Origin: PVC group bacterium | GTDB taxonomy: Bacteria; Verrucomicrobiota; Kiritimatiellia; CAIKKV01; CAITUY01 | Reading direction: 5' to 3' | NCBI GenBank assembly: GCA_945870225.1 | Contig: CAMBRF010000009.1 | Location: 16,321-80,320, forward strand | Length of the DNA: 64,000 nucleotides | Shown: in pieces, positions 56,700-64,000 of the stretch | Position numbering within the stretch: position 1 is the stretch's first letter | How the letters are laid out: each line of letters begins with the position of its first letter | Made by a program: the position numbers and the translations under genes | Notes under the pieces: generated by a model | What the model was told of the DNA's origin: nothing | Database searches by the model: none | The model's input: only the letters and a program-made list of their open reading frames with translations

Positions 56700-56790
56700 G
56701 GGCAAAGCGGCGGCTCACCGGGACGGTTCGCCCTACCCCCTGAAAATTCAAGCAACACTAGATTTTAATCAGGTAGGGCGAACCGTCCCT
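56700..56790. repeat. Inverted-repeat element, family C copy 2: arms cgggacggttcgccctacc / ggtagggcgaaccgtccctgccg around a 36-bp AT-rich spacer
   Basis: Arms are nearly identical to copy 1 at 12209-12290; the spacer is unrelated. Confidence 0.6.
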
Positions 56791-56835
56791 GCCGAGCCGT
56801 CTTGAGTCTGAACATTCTGTCAAAATATCCGGTCA

Positions 56836-57162
56836 CTACCGGATCATGATCAACAGCATCTTGAAGCGTTCCACCGCCCTCACGGAATGCGGAATGTTCG
56901 CTGGCATGATAAATAACTGACCGGCTGTAACCGTATGGGGCGTCCCTCCGACAACCAGTTCCGCCACACCATCCACCACCTGGACGGTCGCATCAAAGGG
57001 CGCGGTGTGCTCGCTCAGTCCCTGCCCCTTATCAAAGGCGAACAAGGTCAATGTCCCGGTCTTCTTGTCCAGGATGGTCTTGCTCACCACCGAACCCGCC
57101 GCGTACTCAACCCCGCCCGCCAGCTCAATCACCTTCCCCTTATGTTCATCGCCTTGGCTCAT
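56836..57162 (-). CDS. Cupin-domain protein
   Basis: Small beta-barrel with a cupin-like motif (LSEHTAPFDATVQVVDGVAELVVGG...HSV); start could alternatively be 57189. Confidence 0.55.
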   Translation of the reverse strand: MSQGDEHKGKVIELAGGVEYAAGSVVSKTILDKKTGTLTLFAFDKGQGLSEHTAPFDATVQVVDGVAELVVGGTPHTVTAGQLFIMPANIPHSVRAVERFKMLLIMIR

Positions 57163-57196
57163 CTTAATCACCTTTTTCTGCCAACCCACAACCCAA

Positions 57197-57245
57197 AACC
57201 ATCAACCATCAACCATCAACCATCAACGATTAACCATTAACCATT
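57197..57245. repeat. Heptanucleotide tandem repeat (aaccatc)x4 + aacgatt + (aaccatt)x2
   Basis: Seven consecutive 7-bp units read from sequence, directly upstream of the cupin gene start and downstream of the 4Fe-4S gene. Confidence 0.7.
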
Positions 57246-57246
57246 C

Positions 57247-58092
57247 TCACACCCACTCTTCCTTGAGGATCCCACCCTGAATGCCGACCACCACGCATTT
57301 GATCGGAACCTTCCGCTTGGCCGCCGCTGCGGCCTGCTTGGCAAGATGAAGCAGTCCCCCGCAGCAGGGCACCTGCATGATCATCACCGTCAGCGTGTTG
57401 ATCCCGGCCTCATCAATCAAGGCGGTGATCTTCTCAACGTAAACCTCCTGCTCGGAATCCAGCTTGGGACAGGCAATGGCCAGGGCTTTTCCCTTGAGGT
57501 AATCCTTATGGAAATCACCCAGCGCGTACGCCGTACAGTCGGCCGCCAATAACAGGTCGCACCCCTTGAAATGAGGAGCCTGCGGCGATACCAGATGCAG
57601 CTGGACCGGCCAATGGGTAAGTTGCGAAGGCCGGGTCCCCGGCGCCGCGTCAACCGGCGCCGCCGCCGTGGCCCCAAAGGTCATGATCCGCGACCCAGGG
57701 CAACCGGAAGGCGCGTGCCCCCCTGAAGGCTTTGCCGCCACCAGCGGATTAGGGATGCCCTGCGCATTCAGATACTGCACCGCCTGCTGCAAATACTCCT
57801 GCTGGTTGTGATCCCGCAGATGCTCCAGATGGGCTTGGATGGTGTTAGCTCCAGCCTTGACGATGTTCACCATCACCCGCGCCTCGTCGTAGGGAGCCGC
57901 TTCACGCTCTTCAATGACAATCGCGCCCTCCGGGCAATGCCCCAGGCAGGCCCCCAATCCGTCACAAAAGAGATCACTGATCAATCGGGCCTTGCCGTCA
58001 ATCACCTGAATCGCACCCTCCGGACAATTGGGAATGCATAACCCGCATCCCGTACACTTATCTTCCACTATCTTGATGATTTTCCGTTTCAT
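57247..58092 (-). CDS. 4Fe-4S dicluster ferredoxin-domain protein with a Cys-rich C-terminal domain
   Basis: Two CxxCxxCxxxCP motifs (CTGCGLCIPNCP; CDGLGACLGHCP) at the N-terminus; C-terminal CCGG motif. Confidence 0.6.
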   Translation of the reverse strand: MKRKIIKIVEDKCTGCGLCIPNCPEGAIQVIDGKARLISDLFCDGLGACLGHCPEGAIVIEEREAAPYDEARVMVNIVKAGANTIQAHLEHLRDHNQQEYLQQAVQYLNAQGIPNPLVAAKPSGGHAPSGCPGSRIMTFGATAAAPVDAAPGTRPSQLTHWPVQLHLVSPQAPHFKGCDLLLAADCTAYALGDFHKDYLKGKALAIACPKLDSEQEVYVEKITALIDEAGINTLTVMIMQVPCCGGLLHLAKQAAAAAKRKVPIKCVVVGIQGGILKEEWV

Positions 58093-58173
58093 ATAAGTCC
58101 TTCTCCGTTCTGATGGGACCATCCTGTCATGCTTCGCCCGGGATCACCTTGATGTGCGTCAAGGAAACGGAAT

Positions 58174-59304
58174 TTACCGGCGCGTGATGGCAAGCAGGGT
58201 CAGATCGTCCTCCAGATGAATGCCGGCCGAATAGGTGAGCAGTTTCTCCTCCAGCACGTCGAGCCGGGGAACACCCTCGCACAGGACATCCGGGCGGGCC
58301 AGCAGGCCAATCAAACCTTCCTCTCCCAGTTCCACGCCTTCCGCGCTGGCGATTTCGATCGCGCCATCCGTATAGAGCAGCAGGGACTCTCCGGGGGCCA
58401 TCATCAGGCGTTCGCTGGTGTAGACAGCGTCCTCAATCATCCCCAGCGCCGGTTGCGGCGTGCCGGCCGGACGGGCACGCCCACCCTGCCCGATATGCAG
58501 GGGCGCAGGATGACCGGCGCGCACATAGTCAACAACGCCCGTGGCCGGATTGATCGTCAGGCAGATCGCCGTCGCAAAATAGCCGGCATCCCCGGCCAGG
58601 GTGTGCAACTGGCGGCTGACATGCGTCACGAAACGTGCCGGGTCCCCGGACCCCTCCCGCCAGTCCTCCCAAAGCGAGCGCAGTTGCATGGTGTACAGGG
58701 CGGAGGCCACACCATGCCCCATGACGTCCGCGATCATCACCCCGAGTAAATCGGGATACAGCATTTCGTAATGGTAGAAATCGCCGCCAACAACTTCGTT
58801 CGGAGTGTAGCGGACAGCCACCGTCAGGCGCGGATCGAGGTTCGCATGACCCGCCATGGCCGTGGTCTGGATCAGGTGGGCCCGTTCCATATCCTTCACG
58901 CTGTCGGTCAGATCCCGGAACAGCTCGATTCCACCCACAATCCTGCCTGCGGAATCGCGAATGGGGGCCACCGACACCTCCACGGGGATCCGATCGCCTG
59001 AACGGTGCTTGGCATAGACCAGAATCGGCTCCTGGCTCGGCTGCCCGGTGATGATGCTGCGGTGCAGCGGACACTCTTCCTTGCCGCACAACTCATGGCC
59101 ATCCTTGTCGACATGGACCAGAATGTTGTCACCGCAACTGTGCCCGGTCACCTCGGAGTCCGACCAGCCGGCAATACGCTCGGCCGCCTTGTTCCAGAAA
59201 AGGATATTGCGATCCACATCCGTGATGTACGCACCATCGGGAAGAGCATTGAGAATGGTTGGCGCACCCAGATGCCTGATGGCGTTACGCGACAGCGTTT
59301 TCAT
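58174..59304 (-). CDS. PAS-domain PP2C-type serine phosphatase (RsbU/SpoIIE-like)
   Basis: PAS region (LPDGAYITDVDRNILFWNKAAERIAGW) followed by a PP2C/SpoIIE domain (GGDFYHY...DVMGHGVASAL...TDGAIE). Confidence 0.7.
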   Translation of the reverse strand: MKTLSRNAIRHLGAPTILNALPDGAYITDVDRNILFWNKAAERIAGWSDSEVTGHSCGDNILVHVDKDGHELCGKEECPLHRSIITGQPSQEPILVYAKHRSGDRIPVEVSVAPIRDSAGRIVGGIELFRDLTDSVKDMERAHLIQTTAMAGHANLDPRLTVAVRYTPNEVVGGDFYHYEMLYPDLLGVMIADVMGHGVASALYTMQLRSLWEDWREGSGDPARFVTHVSRQLHTLAGDAGYFATAICLTINPATGVVDYVRAGHPAPLHIGQGGRARPAGTPQPALGMIEDAVYTSERLMMAPGESLLLYTDGAIEIASAEGVELGEEGLIGLLARPDVLCEGVPRLDVLEEKLLTYSAGIHLEDDLTLLAITRR

Positions 59305-59740
59305 AAAATCGCCCTCCGCTGCATAGCGTGTCACGATAGTCGAAAAAGGCAAGCCGCAATCACGGGCTCCCCACAGGGACGCCCGGGCTGAATCGATTCA
59401 GGCTTCAGGCCATCAGCCCCTTACGGCTTGAATGCGTCGACTTATGGCAAGGAATTGGGACGGAGAAGAATTTTAACAGAAGTCGCGAAGATCGCAAAGG
59501 AGTCTAATTGTTCCGCCGGAGGCGGTACTAACATGGTTCCCCCGATCCGCCTTGATACGCGTCCAGGAAATGAAAACATCATCACCCTGCAAGCGGGTTT
59601 AGTTTTATTACCGGTCTTGACCTTCGCTCCAGATTGCTACATGCTTCCAGCCCGGAAAACGATGGTTTAGGGCGGTCTCAACGAGCATATGCCCGTACCA
59701 CCAAATATCGGTTTCTTATCCTTTAAAAGAGGCCCGAACG

Positions 59741-61111
59741 ATGGACAAAGCGTATATCGAAAAATATATCAATCGCACATTTATTGATTTCATGCCCGGC
59801 CAGGAGTTCATGAAGTATCCAGTGGTGTTTACGCAGGGCAAGGGCGTGTATCTATGGGATACGGAGGGAAAACAATATTTCGACGCCATCGGTGGAATTT
59901 TCGTGGCATCCCTCGGACACCGGCATCCCCGTATTATTGCGGCGATGAAAGAGCAAATGGACCGTCTTACAATGGTCCCGCCCCTGCACAGCATTTCCGA
60001 TGTGACATTGAAATTCATCGAAACGCTGGGAAAGGTCACGCCGGGGAACCTCAACTATATTAAATCATTTTCCGGAGGTTCGGAGTCCATCGAGGCCGCC
60101 ATCAAATTCACCCGGCAGTATTTCCGGCAGAACGGTCAGCCGGACAAGATGAAAGTACTATCGAATTATCTGAGCTATCATGGAGCGACGTTCGGGGCGA
60201 TGTCCGCCAGCGGCTCTCCGCGCAAGATCAAATTCGAACCGCAGATGCCGGGCTTCGTAAAAGTTTATTCCCCGAAACAGCTGCGGGATGATTTCGTCAC
60301 ATGGGAGGAGACCTGCCGGTATGCGGCAAAGCTTGTTCGGCGCACAATCGAGGCGGAACGGCCGGAGACCGTGGGAGTGTTCCTGGTGGAGCCGATCTGC
60401 AACACCGCCGGAATCATCACCCCGACGGAAGAGTATTTTCACATGTTGAGGGACACCTGCAACGAATACGGTGTCATTCTGATCTTCGACGAAGTTCTGA
60501 CCGGGTTTGGCAAGACGGGGGATATGTTCGCCGCACAGACTTTCGGGGTGACACCGGATATCATCTGTTCGGGTAAAGGACTGTCCTCCGGTCTGATTCC
60601 GGTGGGTGCCATGATCGCAAGGGAGGACCTGGCGCAGGGATTCAACGCCGGAACCGAAGCGAACGGGCAAAATTTCATGCATGGCCACACCTTTGCCAAT
60701 TTCCCCTTGGCGGATGCGGTGGCGACAGCCGTGATCAATGTGATGACCGAAGAGAAACTTCCGGAACGGGCCCGGGCGCTCGGAAAGTACATCCGTGGTC
60801 GGCTGGAAGGACTGAAGAAATACGGTGTCATCCGCGAAGTCCGTGGCAAAGGGATTCTGCTCGGGGTGGAACTGGTGGAAGATCCGGTGACAAACCGGCC
60901 TTTCCCGGAAGGCCGGAAACTTGGAACCGCGCTGAAACGGACCGCATTGGATAACGGCATCATCCTGCGGATCGACGCGGACTGGTTTGCCATGGCGCCG
61001 CCGCTGGTGACAACGGACGATCAGGCCGCCGAAATGTGCGATAAGATTGAAGCAAGCCTGAAACAGGCCATGGATATAGTCAGCAAATCACGGAGTGTTT
61101 TGCATGCTTGA
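59741..61111 (+). CDS. Class III (omega) PLP-dependent aminotransferase
   Basis: AT-III fold with the PLP-lysine region (DEVLTGFGKTGDMFA); 456 aa. Confidence 0.85.
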   Translation: MDKAYIEKYINRTFIDFMPGQEFMKYPVVFTQGKGVYLWDTEGKQYFDAIGGIFVASLGHRHPRIIAAMKEQMDRLTMVPPLHSISDVTLKFIETLGKVTPGNLNYIKSFSGGSESIEAAIKFTRQYFRQNGQPDKMKVLSNYLSYHGATFGAMSASGSPRKIKFEPQMPGFVKVYSPKQLRDDFVTWEETCRYAAKLVRRTIEAERPETVGVFLVEPICNTAGIITPTEEYFHMLRDTCNEYGVILIFDEVLTGFGKTGDMFAAQTFGVTPDIICSGKGLSSGLIPVGAMIAREDLAQGFNAGTEANGQNFMHGHTFANFPLADAVATAVINVMTEEKLPERARALGKYIRGRLEGLKKYGVIREVRGKGILLGVELVEDPVTNRPFPEGRKLGTALKRTALDNGIILRIDADWFAMAPPLVTTDDQAAEMCDKIEASLKQAMDIVSKSRSVLHA

Positions 61112-62876
61112 CATCCTGATCAGAAACGCCTGGATCATCGACGGTACAGGGGAGCCGGAATTCATCGGCAGTATCGGGATCAAAAGCGGACGCATTGTTT
61201 TTGTTTCCAAAGGGACGAAGGAGTCGGATGCGATAAAAACAATCGACGGCACAGGACTTTTCGTCTGCCCGGGCTTCATTGATGCACACAGCCATGTGGA
61301 CCTGACCTTGGATTCCGACCGGGCGACTGACAATTTTCTCATGCAGGGCATCACAACCAGTGTTGGCGGGCATTGCGGAACCGGGTATGCACCGGTTGGA
61401 GAGACGGATTTTGTAAAAAAAATCGCGGCCGACTGGAATTGCACCCTCCGCTGGAGCACATTCGGGAATTGGATGGACCATATTGAATCCCTTGGCGGAA
61501 CCGGGATCAATTATGTCTCACTGGTCCCGCATAATTCGCTGCGCGGGGCGGTGCTCGGATCAAACTTCACCCGCGAGTCGACGCCGGCAGAAATCGAAAA
61601 AATCACAGCCTTTCTTCGCGAGTCACTGGATGCGGGGGCTTTCGGCATGTCGGCAAGCCTTGACGCGGGCGTACCGGGACATTTCGCAGGGAAAACCGAA
61701 ATTCTGGAACTGTTGCGTCTGCTGACAGAGTACGACGCGGTATTCGCCCCCCATACACGCCACCACCAGAACCAATGGCCGTCGAACGGCCCGGAGGAAA
61801 CGGCATACGGACTCTACAACGGCCCCCAGGGAGAGACAGTCACAGGCCGGTATCACGGGCTGCTCGAAGTCCTCGAATACGCCATGGCCGTTCCGGGGAC
61901 CAATCTGATGATCTCCCATCTGACTCCCCTCTATCTCGTTCCGCACCCGCATCCGGCTTATGTCGACGATGCCATCCGCCGTGCAACGCTGGAGGAGATC
62001 ATCGACCGTCCGAGTGCACAAGGTGTGCGGGTATCATTCAATGCACTGACCCTGCCGTATTCCATCAGCTTCGAGATGAATATCGCCGACGCGTTCCGGC
62101 CTGAGCGGATGATCCTGCCGGAATGGCTCCGGGGTCTTTCCCGCGAAGCGTTCATCCGCAAGCTGGAAGACACCGACTACAGAGAAAAGCTGACCGGATT
62201 TCTGATCTCGGGGCGGTTTAAATTCGATATGGTATGTCCTGCAACCGATCCTTACTGGTGTAAGGAATTTGTGATCCAGCATTGCAGGAACAAGGCGGTT
62301 GAAGGCAGGACCCCCTACGAACTCGCCCTCGAAAAGAGCCCTCACGACCGGGCCGAAGCGCTTTACCATACCGTCTTTGAGATCCTTTATGACATCATCC
62401 GCGACGATCCTTCCGCCACCTGGCATTTCATCGAGGACCGGCGGGTGGACATCGGACAGCTGGCCCATCCGATGGGGATGGTCGCCACGGATGTCTGCGG
62501 ATTCCCCGGGAAGTTTCCGGAAGGACGTCCGCTACCCGGGGAAAAGGTCAGCGTCTGTGCCTACAATTCCGTCCCGTATTATCTTGAGAAACTGGTAAAA
62601 ACCGACAGGGCCATGTCGCTCTTCGAAGCGGTACGCAAGCTTTCCAGCCTTCCGGCGGACATACTCGGGATCACAGAGCGCGGCAGGCTGCAAGAGGGAT
62701 ACTGGGCGGATATCACCATCATCGATTGGGACAATTTTAAAACGTCGCATGATTTCGACGCCCCGGCCACACCTACCCGTGGCATGGAATATGTCATCGT
62801 GAACGGTCGTATCGCCTACGAAAAAGGGGAGTTGACCAAAGTCTGCTCAGGGAAGCTTTTGCGCAAGAAACATTGA
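61107..62876 (+). CDS. Amidohydrolase-superfamily N-acyl-D-amino-acid deacylase (D-aminoacylase)-like
   Basis: N-terminus ILIRNAWIIDGTGEP...PGFIDAHSHVD is typical of the D-aminoacylase/dihydroorotase-like metal-binding HxH motif; start overlaps the upstream stop (ATGCTTGA). Confidence 0.7.
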   Translation, partial: LDILIRNAWIIDGTGEPEFIGSIGIKSGRIVFVSKGTKESDAIKTIDGTGLFVCPGFIDAHSHVDLTLDSDRATDNFLMQGITTSVGGHCGTGYAPVGETDFVKKIAADWNCTLRWSTFGNWMDHIESLGGTGINYVSLVPHNSLRGAVLGSNFTRESTPAEIEKITAFLRESLDAGAFGMSASLDAGVPGHFAGKTEILELLRLLTEYDAVFAPHTRHHQNQWPSNGPEETAYGLYNGPQGETVTGRYHGLLEVLEYAMAVPGTNLMISHLTPLYLVPHPHPAYVDDAIRRATLEEIIDRPSAQGVRVSFNALTLPYSISFEMNIADAFRPERMILPEWLRGLSREAFIRKLEDTDYREKLTGFLISGRFKFDMVCPATDPYWCKEFVIQHCRNKAVEGRTPYELALEKSPHDRAEALYHTVFEILYDIIRDDPSATWHFIEDRRVDIGQLAHPMGMVATDVCGFPGKFPEGRPLPGEKVSVCAYNSVPYYLEKLVKTDRAMSLFEAVRKLSSLPADILGITERGRLQEGYWADITIIDWDNFKTSHDFDAPATPTRGMEYVIVNGRIAYEKGELTKVCSGKLLRKKH

Positions 62877-62908
62877 CCAGTGATGAGTAAATCAAGATCT
62901 CGAAAAGG

Positions 62909-63715
62909 ATGATTGTTGAGATGCTTTTAGAAAAACCAGTAGCCCTCGTCACCGGAGCATCCCGCGGCATCGGCCGCAGCATCGCGCTGCAGCTGGCACG
63001 CGACGGATATACCGTGATCATCCATTCCCGGACCGCGCAGGACCCGTCCAATCCGACCAAAGGGCCGGACGAAGTAAAACGCGCCATCGAGGAACAAGGC
63101 GGGAAAGCGGTCCTGTGCGCCAGCGATATCGCGACACCGGAAGGCCGATCCAGGCTGATTGATTTTGTGGACCGGGAAGTCGGCCGGGTAGACCTGCTGG
63201 TCAATAATGCCGGCATCGAACCTGTTTCAGTGGACATCCTCAAGGTGAAAGAAGAGGATGTCCGGCATGTGCTCGATGTCAATCTGATCGGGCCTTATTT
63301 CATCACCCAGCAGATTACTTCCCGGATGATCCAATGGCGGGCGGCCGGCATCATCCAAAAGGGTCGTGTCGTTTTCATCACCTCGGTCCAGGCATACCGG
63401 ACGGCGACCTTCGGTTCCGGGTATGGCATGTCGAAAGCGGCATTGCATATGGCCGTGCAGCAATTCGCCGCGCGTCTTGGCGAAGCGGACATCCCGGTCG
63501 TCGAGATCCGCCCCGGCGTGATTCCCACGGATATGTCGCTTGTCCATAAAGAAGGGATCGACCGCAAACTTGCCGAAGGGTGGGCGCCGACACGGAGATG
63601 GGGATCGCTGGAAGAGATGGCGAACATGGTTTCCTGCGTCGGTAAGGGTGTTTTTGACTATTCCACGGGCGCGGCGATCGATGTAAGCGGCGGAATGAAC
63701 ATTTTCAAGCTTTGA
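62909..63715 (+). CDS. Short-chain dehydrogenase/reductase (SDR)
   Basis: TGASRGIGRSIA Rossmann motif, NNAG, and a YxxxK catalytic pair (YGMSKAAL). Confidence 0.85.
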   Translation: MIVEMLLEKPVALVTGASRGIGRSIALQLARDGYTVIIHSRTAQDPSNPTKGPDEVKRAIEEQGGKAVLCASDIATPEGRSRLIDFVDREVGRVDLLVNNAGIEPVSVDILKVKEEDVRHVLDVNLIGPYFITQQITSRMIQWRAAGIIQKGRVVFITSVQAYRTATFGSGYGMSKAALHMAVQQFAARLGEADIPVVEIRPGVIPTDMSLVHKEGIDRKLAEGWAPTRRWGSLEEMANMVSCVGKGVFDYSTGAAIDVSGGMNIFKL

Positions 63716-63744
63716 CGGGCATTGATCTGAACGGAGGTTTCCTG

Positions 63745-64000
63745 ATGCAGAAATATAACGCACAACTGGTTCTGGACGCCCATGCCGTACTTGGCGAGGG
63801 CCCCGTCTGGGACACGGAGAAGAGACAGCTTTACTGGGTGGATATCCTCCAGGGACAAATCCATCGATTCGATCCCGCAAGCGGCAGGGACGCACAGGTT
63901 TTGGTTGGGAAAACGGTCGGCGCGGTGGCGCTTAGGACAAATGGCGGATTGGTGGCGGCGCTTGCCGACGGATTTTACCTTATCGACTCTTTGGACACTC
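63745..64000 (+). CDS. SMP-30/gluconolactonase/LRE-like protein (5' partial, continues beyond window)
   Basis: GGAGG RBS; N-terminus LVLDAHAVLGEGPVWDTEKRQLYWVDI is characteristic of SMP-30/gluconolactonase. Confidence 0.55.
   Translation, partial: MQKYNAQLVLDAHAVLGEGPVWDTEKRQLYWVDILQGQIHRFDPASGRDAQVLVGKTVGAVALRTNGGLVAALADGFYLIDSLDT

Noticed and set aside
1-64000. CRISPR arrays, tRNA/rRNA genes, transposases, integrases, toxin-antitoxin pairs
   Set aside because: No regularly spaced direct repeats with unique spacers, no cloverleaf-compatible or rRNA-like segments, and no DDE/tyrosine recombinase signatures were found. The repeats present are palindromic/REP-like rather than CRISPR-like

Overview
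High-GC bacterial chromosome segment; gene content and architecture suggest a member of the PVC superphylum (Verrucomicrobiota/Kiritimatiellota-like), which is an inference only. The left ~12 kb is a minus-strand dcw (division/cell wall) cluster mraZ-rsmH-ftsL-ftsI-murE-murF-mraY-murD-(LysM lipoprotein)-ftsW. It stops after ftsW, with no murG/murC/ftsQAZ in the window. The rest is accessory-like and contains: (i) a minor-pilin/pseudopilin operon (three genes with prepilin-type N-terminal methylation domains) followed by a PAS protein; (ii) a glycosylation module (GT2, B12-binding radical SAM, DUF2304, polyprenol-phosphate-sugar-synthase-like GT2, and a divergent GT-C/TMTC-like TPR membrane protein); (iii) two divergently transcribed giant exoproteins, a 1092-aa DUF2334-like/autotransporter-beta-strand-repeat protein and a 1916-aa protein with five lamin-tail domains plus a CotH-kinase-like domain; (iv) a PilB(GspE)-PilC(GspF)-sigma54-activator-pilin block with a canonical -24/-12 promoter in front of the pilin; (v) a third giant secreted protein (848 aa) whose C-terminal module resembles that of the other two; (vi) housekeeping genes (hflX, nth, DEAD-box helicase, M42 peptidase, rdgC-like) and a small catabolic cluster (class-III aminotransferase, D-aminoacylase-like amidohydrolase, SDR, SMP-30 lactonase). 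At least five families of intergenic repeat/palindromic elements, many of them AT-rich islands in a GC-rich background, recur across the window. No rRNA, tRNA, CRISPR array, transposase or integrase was recognised. Many long antisense ORFs in the track are treated as high-GC artefacts.
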